A stretch of 64,000 bases of DNA from the human T2T-CHM13v2.0 reference genome, Homo sapiens. This document shows positions 16,565 to 31,239 of the stretch, piece after piece (position 1 is the stretch's first letter; each line of letters starts with the position of its first letter). Location of the stretch: the NCBI RefSeq assembly GCF_009914755.1, contig NC_060929.1; one strand, 5' to 3'. The notes under the pieces were generated by a model that was not told where the DNA came from, made no database searches, and was given only the letters and a program-made list of their open reading frames with translations. A program made the translations under genes and the position numbers.

Positions 16565-16725
16565 AACTACTTGGCCCACGAGGAGCTTTTGATTGCTGTG
16601 GAAATGTTGTCTGCTGTTGCTTTACTAAACCAGGCCTTGGAAAGCAACGATCTTGTGTCTGTGCAGAATCAACTCAGAAGCCCCGCAATAGGCTTAAACA
16701 ATCTGGACAAGGCATATGTGGAACG
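16565..16725 (+). CDS. IQGAP2: IQGAP2 coding exon (inferred 11); 161 nt
   Basis: ttccaacag| ... GAACG|gtaagg; NYLAHEELLIAVEMLSAVALLNQALES...AYVER. Confidence 0.95.
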
Positions 16726-19700
16726 GTAAGGAACATTTTCCAAACCTTCTTTCAATGCAGAAATGCATGTTTGGCAGATCTTAAAAGTGAGGAATTTGCC
16801 TGTTGGTGGAGAAATCCATATACCATGCTCATGTTTCTTGAAAACTAGTCTGTTTTAAGAGTCCTTCTAATTAGTATCCTTGTTTACAGTATTCCTTCTG
16901 GGGAACAAGAAGAATCAGAAAGTGATCATCCTGTGGCAATTAATAAATGACTTTGTCGTTGGCAAAGATTATTTGATAGGCTGAAAATAAAGGAACTATT
17001 GGAAACATACCTTTCCTTGGGCGTCTTTTGGAAACCGCAGAATGTAGAAGAGTTGGAAGCAACTTTAATAATCATCCAGTCCAATTCTTTTATGTCACTG
17101 ATGCAGAAACAGAATCCGGGTTATGGACCTAAAATTGGGCAGTTGGGCCCCAAACTCCACTCTTCTGATTATTAAGCCAAAGAAATCCTGAGACCACAGT
17201 GGGTCATGGCAGTGGGTAACAACATCCATTTATCTTTCATTTCATGTTTCTGAAGTGTGCTACCAGATAGTACAACTGATAGCATTGTTATAAAACACTA
17301 TAGCGGATCTTGAGAGAAAATCAAATGGCCAGAATTGGGAGCCAGATGAGAGAGTCGCTGAGATAAAAGCCCCAGTTAAAATGAGTGAATCTTGGATTCT
17401 TGTAACCACCAGGGGGAGATGTCTGCACAGATCTTGACAAAAGCTCTTTTCAGCTACTGATTTTGGAACGGCTCTAATAGGCAGGTTGGCTAATTCTCTT
17501 GGGTCATGTACAGTTGCCAAGGAAAAACCAGAGATTTCTTAGGTTAAACAAATGGTATTTGACCACTTGTCTATGTAGTGAATGGCCAAAAGGTAATGGA
17601 AGGATGGTGGGTTTTCCTTGTTTTTAGTCTTTTTGGAGAAACTAATTCTCTTGTTCTACTTAAATTTGGCCATCTGGTTCATATGACTCCTTAGAGTGTG
17701 TTTCCAAGGTAATTTATATCTACCACCACTGTTTCTGTTACTTGTTAATGGCACCATTCTCTCCTGTAAGCTTAGAAACCTGAAGCCCAATTTGAGTTTC
17801 CCTCTGCCCTCAGCCGGGCACCCTCGTGCTCTAAAGAGCCTGCTGTCAGTAGCCAGTCTATGTGCCTTATACCTCTGCAAGATGTTTCCATTTCCCTGCA
17901 ACCACCCTCACTTAGACTTCTCACTTTTGCTTCTGTAGTAACCCCTAAATTGGTCATCCTACTTCTTTTCTCTCCCCATTCATTAATCATTCCTACCTAA
18001 CCAGGCTTTGCCATACTTTCTCAGTGCTAGAGTAGAAGACAGACCCGGTCAATCCCTTATGAAGCTTACAGGCTAATGGGGCATCTTGGTGAGATAACTG
18101 TCAAGACTATTCCACATATTTAGCATCCCTGGCAACTGTCCTCCACATGACATTAGCCCCTGACTCACCCATTCTGATTATCAAAAATGCCTGCTTCTTC
18201 ATTTACAAATACCCTTAAAGAAGTGGTCCCATTCTATTTGAAAACCATATTCATACCTGTAGTTTCCAGCTGGGACCTACAGATGGAGCCTCACAGTTCG
18301 AGTGTTCTGTGTGAAGAACTTTTAAAATGTTTTGATTTTTTTTTTTTAATTTAAATACATTCTGGATCTGGAAGACCCAGTACTGACATGGGATTTAAGG
18401 GCCCACTTGGGTTCTTGTATTGACACTTGTATTGGCCCCAAATGATCTTCTACAGCCTTGGCATTTTACTTCCAAAGTCAGCATCTTAACTTGGGATCTT
18501 GGAATCCCAGTTTTGCAGATTATCAAGTTTGAGAAACACGGCTCTGTCCAGGGCCTCTCCCCATAGAGTGCAGGTTCTTCATAGCACAAGTGTGCTGTGC
18601 ATGGCCACCTTGACAAATTCATGCAAAGTCTCTCCCTGTTCACCGTGGCTTCTACTCTTGGGGCTGTGTTTGCCCAGAGAGATTCTTTTGTCTAATTCTC
18701 ACAAAAGTATTGTATGGGTTAACATTAGCCTTGGGCATACACTGTTCCCAGATTAACTGTTCTAAAATGTAACCCTATTCATAATTCTGTTTGATTGTTC
18801 CTTGTTCACATCCGAATTAAGAACAGACTTCTCATTCTAAGCATGTTGCTCTGACCTTACCTCCAGCTCCATCCCTACTCGTATTTTGTGCTTTAGCCAA
18901 GTCCAAGTGTACTTTCTGGTCTCTGTGTTCCTATGCGTGGTCCTCTCACCATCAGGAACTTGGTGCCTTTACCCAGCTCAGCTAAACACAGTATTGGAGC
19001 TTCTGAGCCCTGCCTACCATACATTATGTTCTGTGAGGTATATCCGTGCTTCTCCCCACCCTAGCATCTGATGTTATCTCTCCTGGGAGGTAGCATGATG
19101 TGGTTAAAGGAGCATATGCCTTGGAACCAAAAATATCTGAGATTGACCCTCCCTAACTAAGCCTTTTTCCTTCATCTATAAAGCACAAAAACAAAAGAAA
19201 CAAAAGCCCCACTCTGCATTTGCAGAACTGTTTTGAGGATTTAGTGTTTGGTTCAGTGCCTGTCCCAGGGAGGGTGCTCCACCAATAAGGGTTTCCTTCC
19301 ACTTCTTGCTTTGAACCCCATTATATCTACTCTTATGGACTCTTTAATGGTCCTTCCTGTGCTCTGCTTTTATACCTTTTTGGAATTTTTGTCGTCTTAC
19401 CCACTGGTCTGAAAGCATAAAGGCTGCACCTTTTTCCTCCTAATATTCCTGTAGTGCCTGCCATGTTTTACATGTAGTAAGTGCTCACAAACATCTGCTG
19501 AACTAAATTGGATTACTGATCTTCTCAGAGCTTCCCAGGGCTCTTAGATTAGTAGACTCCTTACTAGTCTGTCCATAGATGAGGTGAAGAGAACTGAGAG
19601 GAGTGAGAGGAGAGGACATTGACCTGTTTGGGGAAACTACGGAATATTTCCCAAAGTTGGTAACTTCAGTACTGGAGAGAAATACTCAATTGGAAAAGCC

Positions 19701-19732
19701 TGTGGAGTTCTCTTGTGTTACTTTAAAAAAAA

Positions 19733-20258
19733 TTTTTTTTTATTATTATACTTTAAGTTCTGGGATACATGTGCAGAACATGCAGGTTTGTTACATAGGT
19801 ATACAAGTGCCATGGTGGTTTGCTGCACCCATCAACCCACCATCTAGATTAGGTATTTCTCCTAATGCTATTCCTCCCCTAGTTCCCCACCCCCTGACAT
19901 GCCTCGGTGTATGTTGTTGTTCCCCTCCCTGTGACCACATGTTCTCATTGTTCAACTCCTACTTATGAGTGGGAACATGTGTTGTTTGGTTTCTGTTCCT
20001 GTTAGTTTGCTGAGAATGATGGTTTCCAGCTTCATCCATGTCCCTGCAAAGGACATGAACTCATCCTTTTTTTTTATGGCTGCATAGTATTCCATGGTGT
20101 ATATGTGCCACATTTTCTTTATCCAGTCTATCATTGATGGACATTTGGGTTGGTTCCAAGTCTTTGCTATTGTGAACAGTGCCGCATAAACATACAGGTA
20201 CATGTGCCTTTATAGTAGAATGATTTATAATCATATAATGGGATTACTGGGTCAAATG
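19733..20258 (-). mobile_element. 5'-truncated primate L1 (L1PA7/8-like) 3' end
   Basis: ORF2 C-terminus (WNQPKCPSMIDWIKKMWHIYTMEYY) plus 3'UTR; TSD gtgttacttt. Confidence 0.92.
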
Positions 20259-21104
20259 GTGTTACTTTTAAAATCTTTTCCTTTATAGCTTGTTTTTGTT
20301 CATTTCTAAAGAAATGATGGGTAGTTGTATTTCTTTCTGTGTTTATTTTTTACTTTCTCATTTCACTCCTGTTGGGTCAGCATTTAGACGTTAAGTGTAT
20401 GGGATGCCCATAAGGACTTTGCGCTTTTGGAATGGTCTCCATCTGTGAGGGACACTAACCAGTGCAAGTTACCGATAATCCAAATCGTTATTGTGGTCAG
20501 TATTATTTATTATACATTACTAGTGTATTTCACATCTGCACTTGGCGAGGCCTCATTCAGCTACAGAAAATAAATTGTTACCACCATTTCCTATTTTTGA
20601 ATGTTTTTCTCTCAAGCTACTCTCTATGGAAGACACCGCATGTCACCTTGAAGCATGCAGAATTTTGAAAAAGTTTGTCACAACCAAGAAAACAGTTTTA
20701 GACTTCATACAATGTTTCTTCTTTTAACCTCTGCCATTACTAGATCCCTAGAGACTATTCAGAATTCAAACTGCAGAGTGACTCATTATGTACACAGAAG
20801 ATTGTTCTTCATTGCCCTGGTGCAAAGACATAAAAGCACACTAAACTATCTAGTTTTATTAATTTTCGCTGGAATAGTTCATGTTAGCCTATGGTTGTAA
20901 CATTGGTTCTGTGAAAATTGGAAAGTGGGAAAATTGATAATTGAGAAGTAAAAGTTTCTTAATATATCAGTATGAGTAAGTTTTTCCCTGAAATTTCCCC
21001 AGGCAGAAAAAAAGTAATTGGAGTGGTTGACTAAACTGTATCTTCCAGAGGGCTATGCACAGTGAGAAGGGTCATTGGTCATAAACAATGGGTGAGAGGG
21101 CCAT

Positions 21105-21247
21105 TTTTAATTTTAATTTTATTTTTTTATGGAGACAGAGTCTCCCTGTGTTGCCCAAGCTGGTCTTTAACTCCTGGGCTCAAACGATCCTCTCACTCAG
21201 CCTCCCAAATTGCTGGGATTACAGGTGTGAGCCACCACGCCAGGCCT
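21105..21247 (-). mobile_element. FLAM / Alu monomer
   Basis: Alu left-arm sequence with T-rich tail. Confidence 0.85.
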
Positions 21248-21931
21248 AAGAGAGATTTTTGAGTATTGGCTAGGAGCCTTTGGAGAAATGGGCAGGTGAA
21301 AAGGAATTTCAGTATATCCTGGTTTAACTCATGTGCCACCTCTTCAGGACAACATACGGTAAAGATTGTGCTACTCAGCAAGGTTTCTGGAACTGCATTT
21401 GCATGTTATCTGATTCCTCAGTGTCATATTAGGCCTCAAAGTGGCTCTATATTAGGGTTGTAGTAGAAAAGGTCTTTTAAAACTTAGATTTTGGAAGGAA
21501 CAAGAGAAATAATGAAAAGGACACTTGATGATAGAAAGATTGAGACCCATAGTAACTCTGAATTTTGCCCTGTAACAATCATCTGAAGACTGAGAAGAAC
21601 CAAGACATACAAAGGGGAGGAAAATTAGTAACTAGGGAAAAGTAATTTCACAGACTTGAAAGTTTCCAGTTTTGCTTGAGTTAGGTATGAGTTTCGATTT
21701 TGAAGAGCTTTCATTAACAGAATTTGTTCATAAAAATACTTTAAGAAAACACCATTAGTACAAGTAAGCCTGGTATATGTTGACAGAGCTACACAAGACA
21801 ATTTTATTTGCCTTTCTACTCTTTGTCTAACTTCATAACAACTATGTTTGACCATGTGTCATAGTTGAGAAACAACAGGAACGAAGAATGAATGTCTCTA
21901 ATTAACATCAAGATTATTTTCTCTTCCACAG

Positions 21932-22056
21932 TTATGCAAACACACTACTCTCTGTTAAACTAGAAGTTTTATCCCAAGGGCAAGATAACTTAAGCTGGAA
22001 TGAAATTCAGAATTGTATTGATATGGTTAATGCTCAAATTCAAGAAGAAAATGACC
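21932..22056 (+). CDS. IQGAP2: IQGAP2 coding exon (inferred 12); 125 nt
   Basis: ttccacag| ... GACC|gtaagt; YANTLLSVKLEVLSQGQDNLSWNEIQNCIDMVNAQIQEEND; absent from the ORF track, found by reading splice sites and phase. Confidence 0.94.
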
Positions 22057-24744
22057 GTAAGTATAAGACACTTTCCTTCTCTAGCATAGTGGGAGAAGAA
22101 GGTATCTGGACAACTTAGTTTTCTAGATTAGGGCTTTAAGTTTTTGCTCAAGGAACTTTGTGAGAGCAAACTCCGCTAATATGCATACCTTTATTTATAG
22201 GTAGATTTTATGCCTATACCACTGTACCAATATGTTATAAACGTTACAAAGCCTACACAAGAATTCATAATATAATAAAATACACAAGTAAAAGGCCTGA
22301 TTTTTCTGGTTATTTGTACTTCAGAGACAGCTAAATACAGAGACAGCTAAATAACTCATATTTTTAAGCACCCAATTTTATTTTGACCTTTTATTTGGGC
22401 ATCTTTTTTTCTGAAATATGACACGATTTTTCTGCCCCACAAATGGAGGAATTGGAACACGATCTAACTGTTGCTTAATGATCACAAATCATGGTGATTT
22501 GCTGTGTTTCTAGAAATTATGAGCTGCCAGCATGAAAGCATACCAACCTCAGGAAGATATGCCCTGAAACATGCTTTCTTGAATGTCAGCTTGCTGCTTT
22601 ATCATTTGCATCTTGCTTATGAAAATAGAGTGAAGAATGAGGAGCTATGTAGCTTCTGCAGTCCATACATTCACTGCTTTTCTGTAGTATGCATTACCAA
22701 ATTCAAGCTTCGAGCTGTGTTTTCCACCATGAAAACAAAGCAACACCATCTTCTGTGGCTTATGAGCTTTTGACTTGTCAGCAACAGTGGGTGAGTGTTG
22801 CTAAAATCATTGATCTCTCCTCCACCTTCCAGCTTTGACTTTTCTAACTCATTTGCTCCAAGCTCGCGGATAGAGTGGGCAGATACTTCTCTCACAGTTT
22901 ATTATGTTTTATTTTAGTGTGTTTGGGTAAGGTCTTAGGTCTGGTCTTCTAATGCTGTATTTAACTTAGGAATACTAAGATCACTCTTGAAATAAAACAT
23001 ATGACTTTGTTAATTAATTGCATTTGCAAAGTTTTCTTCTTTTTCTTTGCTGTTTCCTGTGAGTGCTGGGCCAAAAGTCAAGGCCAGTTTTGGTTCTTGT
23101 TTTTTAAACATATTCTCACTTTAAGCCCCTACTATAAAACAGGATCCAGGTGTGCTACCCTATATACGGTACCATGGATGTACCACTGTTACACTGATCC
23201 CTGGACACTTTCATTTTGTCCTTTTCAAGTTGTGCACAAATCTAAATTTCTTTCGAGACGGCACAGCTTCCCTGTTGCCTCTGCATTTCCTTTCAGTGAA
23301 GCATTTAAAGTCTCTGCGGTGAGACGGCTTGCTCACACCCCACTTAGCTCTTTTCTGATACTTGGCTTGGGAGTTTATGGTTCTTGCCAGACGTTAGTCA
23401 AGACGCAAGCTCTAATTTGAGCAGATGTTCAACATCATCAGGTGGGGGTTGGGGGACCACCACTGCTCCTAGTGTCCCGCTACAGAGCTCAGTCCCCCAG
23501 GCTTCTGCCCTTCTCCACAACCTCCGTCTTAATGCTCTGAATCTCCTTTAGCAGTGGTTTGGTTGCTACAGCAACTGCCACCCAAGAAGTAGGACTCCTT
23601 TCTTTTGGTAGGCAAAACAAAGACTCACGTCCCATCTTTGCTTTCTAACTTTTTCCCCAATTCTTGGCAATACCCATGCTTCAGTTCTGCTTTGGTTATT
23701 TCTGTATGTGCTGCTTACACAAATGAAGGTATGTTAGTTCTCAGTGCTGAAAGATTGTAGGGTTGACATTGATTAACAGGGGGAAAATGCCAGTTTTGTT
23801 CTTGGCTATCAAGTACAGCCTTTGCTTTAGTTGGTTACTGGGGGGAAAAAAAGCAAGTAACATTTGCATAACTTAGAAAATAGTCTTTTGTAAGTAGATA
23901 TTATTTTTAAGCAAAAATCTCATTTGATTGCTGTGGCTTTTATCTATCAAGGTAACAGCACTACTAAGTTATTCTCCCTAGGACATTTCACACAGCCACT
24001 ATAACACTTCTGTTAAGTATCTTGTCATAAAGGACATATACCATAACCAGAAAAGGTATTTCAGACACTAATATTTCCTTTCTGGAATTTGGGAACTTTA
24101 ATACAGAGTATTTAATTTATCTGTGTCTTGGTTTTATTTTTTTCTTTTGTCAGAATGAGTTCCTGAAGTATTGAGTTTGATATCATGTTTAGGCAATTCT
24201 TCAAAATCTAAAATTTCTAAAATACACCATTGTAACCAGGCAGGAATTGCTCAGTATAGTAATTAAGTCATCTGAGGAGCTGAGAATTTTTCATGGACGT
24301 TTTGAAGGTGCATTACTCTTGCCTCCCCACCTTATTCTTGCCACATGCTCTGAGATCTAATTCCATATCTGAGTTGTGATGTGGGTGAGGTAAGCAGCTA
24401 ATGGAAAATGAGAAATATAGAAGGTGAATTTAATGGAGAAGCTAGCTGCTGAATGCATTTCCTCAGGCTCTGTTGATTTCTTACTGAAAAGTTTACTTTT
24501 CCCAGTAGAACCATAAAGGAGCATTATTTTAACCTTATAGCCTACATCAGGAAGTTTTCTTCTTTGAGTTTTTGCTCTTTAAATTTGGTAGGTACAATTC
24601 TGTGTAGGTTACCTCATCTGCTGCCTCAAATACATGAACTCTAAAAGAACGCCCACTCTCTTGTGGACTAGAATGTTATAGTAACATGTGTTGATGTAAA
24701 GAAGTGGACCGTGGGCTGAGTGAAGCTCAGCAATCTTTCTTCAA

Positions 24745-24916
24745 ATAGGATTTCCCTTTTATTTATAAACAGAGGAAGTGATGCATATGTTCCCAGAGGG
24801 CTTCTGGGTAATCTTTCAGCTCCTATGATGTCATTCACTATGACCTCAGCAGCTTGTATTCTTAGAAACGCAGCAGACAGCAACTTTAGCAGGTGATTTC
24901 AATCAAGTCAGCTGAA
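24745..24916 (+). promoter_or_regulatory. Candidate internal IQGAP2 promoter
   Basis: TTTATAAA 24762-24769, ETS/PU.1 motif AGAGGAAGTG 24771-24780, CRE-like TGATGTCA 24826-24833 and TGACCTCA 24841-24848, all just upstream of the candidate ATG exon. Confidence 0.5.
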
Positions 24917-24932
24917 ATGCACTCACTTCCAG
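24917..24932 (+). CDS. IQGAP2: Candidate alternative first coding exon of a short IQGAP2 isoform (MHSLP-G)
   Basis: gaaATG CAC TCA CTT CCA G|gtgatc; the phase-1 donor fits the phase-1 acceptor at 26764; I recall an annotated short isoform starting MHSLPG (unverified). Confidence 0.7.
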
Positions 24933-25564
24933 GTGATCGGCCTTGGTTCTGTTAAGACCATTTTTGGATGGGGTGTTTTAAAGGTATTTAGAACAGCTTA
25001 CCCAAGGGGGGTGACCAGAGAATGGCACTAAATATTCCATGCACTCCAGTTTATAAATCCTATAGGGTAAAACGACAGTACCTTGTATATAGATAATACT
25101 TAGACTTTCCAGAGTTCTGTCAATGTTTACAGATAATATAACCTGCACATTAGAGAAATACTTCTGCTTTTTCTTCAAACATATTTAAGTATTATAGTCT
25201 GGAATGATTTCTAGGAGTTTTAGATGGTTTCATTCTTCTTACAGGTAAATCTTTTCATTCTTAACGAAGTGGTGGTTATGGGCTCATCTATTCAAGAAAT
25301 ATTTAGCTAAATATTTTATCTTTACTTGAATGTCAAGCTGGAGATACTTTTTTTAAAAATGAGAAGTACTCATTCTATTTCATGGCATATCACAGTTGTG
25401 AAGTGACGGGTGATCATTTTAGATTAAATCTAATGGAAAAAATGAGAAATATGAAGTTTGACCTTAAAAATGCTTATATTCTAAGCTTATTGTTCATTAA
25501 TATCTAGTTTCTTTAACAGTTCTTATCCATCAGTACTAACCTAGGAAGCAAAAGCTCCTTGGCA

Positions 25565-25584
25565 GTGTGTGTATATGTGTGTTT

Positions 25585-25619
<35 letters not shown>

Positions 25620-25628
25620 CTGTGTGTG
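25565..25628. repeat. (GT)n/(AT)n microsatellite
   Basis: Directly visible. Confidence 0.9.
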
Positions 25629-25754
25629 CATGTCTATCTAAATGCATTTTTTTATGAATGGATGATAGTTTATTTTTTAATAATAAGGTATTGAGAAGTA
25701 ACCTCCAGATAGATCCGTTTCATTAGAATTGTAAAAGCAGGTTTCATAGTTTGA

Positions 25755-26015
<261 letters not shown>

Positions 26016-26196
26016 TGAATAGACACTTCATTTCTTTAAAGATGATGTACAAAGGGAAAATAAACACATGAAAAGATGCTCAAAATCATTAGTCACTAGA
26101 AAAATACAAATCCAAACCACAGTATGATACCACTTCACACCCACTAGGATGGCTGTAATGAAAAAGACAATAACAAGTGTTGGTCAGAATGTAGAG

Positions 26197-26333
26197 AGCT
26201 ACTCAGGAGGCTGAGGCACAAGAATCACTTGAACACAGGAGGCGGAGGTGGCAGTGAGCCAAGATCATGCCACAGCACTCCAGCCTGGGGGACAGAGCAA
26301 GAATCTCTCAAAAAAAAAAAATAAAAATAAAAA
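26197..26333 (+). mobile_element. Alu right-arm half
   Basis: Starts abruptly at AGCTACTCAGGAGG; A tail. Confidence 0.88.
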
Positions 26334-26763
26334 CCAGCAGCTGGGACCTTGATAGAAGTTGCATTGAATCTGTAGGTCAATTTAAGAAGTATTTCCATCT
26401 TAACAATACTAAATCTTCCAATTCATGAACATTGGCTCTTTTCATTTATTTGTCTTTAAGTTTTTTCCCATGGTGTTGTATAGTTTTCAGTGTACATGTC
26501 TTATGTTTCTTTCATTAAATTATGTCTAAATATTTATTTATAATTATAATGTATTTGTAGTTGCAGTCTTATGAATTGAATGTGTTCTTAATTTTATTTT
26601 CAGATTGCTTATTATGAGCGTATAGACACATAATTGGTTTTGTGCTTGCATCTTGCATCCTATAGCCTTGCTGTACTAGTTAATTAGCCTTTTGCAATCG
26701 GTGATACTAAAGAAGTTATAATGTACTGTGACTTAAAAGGAAAACTACTTCTTCATTTTCTAG

Positions 26764-26927
26764 GAGTTGCAGCTGTAGGGTACATCAATGAAGCTATTGA
26801 TGAAGGGAATCCTTTGAGGACTTTAGAAACTTTGCTCCTACCTACTGCGAATATTAGTGATGTGGACCCAGCCCATGCCCAGCACTACCAGGATGTTTTA
26901 TACCATGCTAAATCACAGAAACTCGGA
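26764..26927 (+). CDS. IQGAP2: IQGAP2 coding exon (inferred 13); 164 nt
   Basis: ttttctag| ... GGA|gtaagt; RVAAVGYINEAIDEGNPLRTLETLLLPTANISDVDPAHAQHYQDVLYHAKSQKLG. Confidence 0.96.
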
Positions 26928-27944
26928 GTAAGTTTTAGTATATCTGTTTCTTTTAAATTTTACAGGCTGGGTGGCAGAGGGAGAGAAGGAGGAGGATTTG
27001 ACCCATTTACGTTAAATCTCATGAGCTTCTTGTCCCAACAATTACCCATGAATCAGAATGGAAATAATAGAGCTGTTATTTTCCTGGTAACAAACATTGG
27101 GGGGAAACCAGCTCCAGAGCTATTTATTGCTTTAATTCTTTGACTAAAAACTCAGTTGTAGGTGAGTTCTTGTTCAGAGTTCAATTCATTGACTATTTCC
27201 TTAGTAGATACTATGTGCACACTTCAGTCCATAGCTTCTGGTAGAGAAGATGGGGATACAGAGGGACACATAATACCATTTGAATGTTCTCTGACCTTAT
27301 CTTCAAAATGCTTAGAAACTGATTGAGGCAGTGGACATTGTCACATGGAACAGTCAAGTAATAGTAAAGATAAGGGTGTGCAAAGTGTCAAAATGAGAGA
27401 TACACAGATTGATTCACGGATGTTTGAGATTGTCGGGGACTAGAATCCTAAGAGAAGTTGGTGTGGAGGTAGAGCAGAAGCTGTCCTCTCGAAGACTAGT
27501 GGCTTTTTCTGAGTACAGAGCTTGTACCGCTATTATAAGGAGCCCCACAAAGACTGGCCTCTGTGATAAGGCCAATGGGCTGAGTGGTGAGGCTGATATG
27601 ATCTGTCACCTAAGAGTGGGAGTGATGCCACCTGGGACCTAGCTACTTATGGCTGCCATGTCTTCAGGTGCAAACCCAACTGAAAGGGCGGTCATCTCCT
27701 CTGTCTAGGTCTTTAGAACCTAGGAACTGCCTCATTCGAAACAGGAAAAACATCCTTGGTTAATGCAAACATTTATTGAGAACCTACTATTTGTCAGGCA
27801 TGATATTAGATACTCATGTGTATCATCTCATTTAATCATCACAACAATTCATAACAGCCTTCTGAACCATTTTGCCATCATTATTGCCATCTTACACATA
27901 ATGAAACCAAGATTAAGTAACTTGTTGAAAGCTATCTAAAATGT

Positions 27945-28271
27945 GACCGGGCACAGTAGCTCACACCTGTAATCCCAGCATTTCGGGAGGCCAAGGCAGG
28001 TGGATCACTTGAGGCCAGGAGTTCGAGACCAGCCTGGCAAACATGGTGAAACCCCATCTCTGCTAAAAGATAAAAATAAAAAATAAAAAATTAGCCAGGT
28101 GTGGTGGCTCACACCTATAATCCCAGCTACTTGGGAGGTTGAGGGACAAGAATCTCTTGAACCGAGAGGTAGAGGTTGCAGCGAGCTGAGATCGCACCAT
28201 TGCACCCCCACCTGGGTGACAGAGCAAGGCTCTGTCTCGAAAATAAATACATAAAATAAAATAAAACAAAA
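27945..28271 (+). mobile_element. AluS inserted in a MIR
   Basis: Dimer; TSD aagctatctaaaa. Confidence 0.9.
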
Positions 28272-28750
28272 TCAAGCTATCTAAAAGATAATTAGTCCTG
28301 AGACTACATGCAGCTCAGGTCTGTCTGATTCGGAAACATTATAATTATGTATTAAGGCAGATGGGAAAAGATGTTTATTGCAGCTTTGTTTGCAATCACA
28401 AAACATGAAAAACAACCTAAATGTTGTTAAGCAAAAAAAAAAATCATGCTGTGATGTGCACATAGATGGAATATAGATAGGCTTGTGTATGTGTTGGGGG
28501 AGGGGCGCACACACTCTTACATGTGTCTAAAATATTTCTGGAGGGAGGATACCTTCTGGAAGGTGAACTAGAAGGCTAGTATGGATGGGAGATTTATTCT
28601 TCACTCCGTTTTTGTACTGCTTGGATTTTTAAATTTTTTAAGGAGTGTGTGTATTAAATAATTACTGTTTCTAAACTTTTAAAAACCAATGTAAATCCTA
28701 TCCTCACTACTCCACTGCCTCATTGAAGGTGGAGAAATGTATCCCCCATG

Positions 28751-28768
28751 GTGGCGCCCTCTGCACTG
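28751..28768 (-). promoter_or_regulatory. CTCF-like motif
   Basis: Reverse complement CAGTGCAGAGGGCGCCAC matches the CTCF core. Confidence 0.5.
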
Positions 28769-29449
28769 CCAGCCTTCCAACAGGAACGGCAGTGGCATTG
28801 CCTGACCCTCCTCACTTTGCCAAGCGCCCCCACTCACATCAGTCTTTCTCATTTAAGCCTCATACCACCTGTGGAATGGGTGCTGTCTCATCTGATGTGA
28901 ATGAGCCTGAGGCTCAGGGCGAATGCCTGGCCAAGGTACAGCCAGTGAGTGGGAGAGTGAGGGCTCATACACAAGCCTGGAGTCCATACATCCCAGGGGC
29001 AGGAGAGTGGGCCTTCACCTTGATGTTTCCACTGAGGTGGCTGTGGCCATGGCACATGGTAAACTTACAAGCATTGGAAGACAAAGTTATTTGCTTTGAA
29101 GGTAGACATCATTTAAATCCTGGCTTTGCCACAAATTAGTTATGTGATCTTGGTCAAATCATCAAATCTCTATATGCTTATTTTTGCATGTATAAAATTG
29201 GAATAATAGTACCTGTCTTATAGGATTATGGTGAGGGTTCAATGAGAATATACAATAAGTAAATATATATCAATATATAACTATAGGTACTATTAATGAA
29301 GAATATGTGCACGTGTTTGTGTAGCTATAGCATTTAGCATGGAGCCTGGCACCAAAAAAAGGGCTTAAATAATGTAGCTAGTATTATTGTGGGCACCTAT
29401 GGTTGCCTCCCAAGTAAGGGGTGAGTGATGTCAGTATCTTAAGGTTCTT

Positions 29450-29750
<301 letters not shown>

Positions 29751-30350
29751 TAGACGTAGAGTCTGCTGAATTTACACACCAAAGTCAGGATCTTCTGAGG
29801 ACAAATAGAGACAGACCTGGGTCCCTGTCTGCCCACAGCCACATGGGGGTTTGTCTTTGAGGTGAGCCTGACTCCACAAACCCAAGGCCTTTCATAGGCA
29901 GGCAGTATAGGTCCCTTCTAGACTGAGCATTCCAATCTAGATTGAGATGGAACTCCACAGGAGTCCTTTGAAAGAAGCCTCTGAGTGCCCACACCATGCC
30001 AGCTCTGTGTCAGGCATCCTTTCTAGGTGTGGAAACAGTAGCTTTCATGGTGTGATTAGAGCATTAATATGGAGCCTAGGGATCTGGGTTCTAGTTCAGG
30101 CGTTAAACCACTGTTAGACTATAGTTAGAGGTTTGAAATATACTGGCAATTACTAACAGATTTAAACAGATTTAAAATACTGCAGGTCCAAGCGATGAAT
30201 CATATTTGGTTAAATTCCTGTTTTTAAGCAGTTTTCTTTCTCTGTTCATTGACTTTGAAACTTTCTTTTCTCAGCCTGTTCTTTTTTCTTGGAAAAATCC
30301 TAATTCTGTTGTTTGGCAATGTCTTTAATGTCTTTGTTTTTCCCCTCTGC

Positions 30351-30490
30351 TTTTTTTTTTTTTTTTTTTTTTTGGAGACAGGATCTTGCTGTGTTGCCCA
30401 GGCTGGTCTCAAACTCCTGGGCTCAAGTGATCCTCCCACCTCAGCCTCTCAAGTAGCTGGGATTGTAGGCACAAGCCACCACATTCAGCA
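30351..30490 (-). mobile_element. FLAM / Alu monomer
   Basis: T-tract plus monomer. Confidence 0.85.
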
Positions 30491-31239
30491 TCCTCTACTA
30501 TTTTGATTCCTAGAAGTTTCCAGTTGTGTGTTTATGATGGTATTTCTGTGCCTTGTCTTCCCAAGGTCTGGCCTTGGAAAATAATATTAGAAAATTATAT
30601 TGCTGGTATTATCAGTATAAAGTAAAACTGTGCCAAAGGCTACAGCCATTAAAGGTCACAATGGGTAACATCTTCATAGAATGGCTGCCCAGTTTTGTCA
30701 AAGGTGGAGGACAGTAATGGAAGTTGGTGAAGATTCTGGGTCCTCTTTAGCAGTATGTCAAGTATAACCTTGTGTAGCTACAAAATTCCTTTTGCCTCTT
30801 GGAAAGAGACTTGAGTAATGGTCATGTTGACTTTAACACTTTTTCTATGTCTGTTCACTGGGTGGTGTGTGCTATTTTACAATTGAAGGTTTTGCTTGTG
30901 AACATATGAGTTATACTCCACCAAAAAGTTCTGTTTTGCTCCTTGTATATACCATAAAAACTGTGTGCTTTTAACGAATATTGCTGTATTTTTTCCTTAG
31001 GTAAAACTGTGTTGTAATTGATGACTTAGTTTTCAGAAGTCAGCTCCTTCCATTTAAGTTTCTATCTTCTTGAAACTTACTTTAGGTTTGTTTTTCATTC
31101 TCACTTTAGTGTTTACCTGAGTTTTGCTCTTTGCATAACCACACACATATTATAAAGGGTCTTCATGTGGAAGCTTTTTACTTAAGTCTGATGAAATAGA
31201 AAACTGTGTACATTTAAAAATATGCATTTAAAATTGTTT

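Noticed and set aside
22322-22353. 16 bp tandem duplication cagagacagctaaata x2
   Set aside because: Ordinary slippage-type duplication with no sign of function
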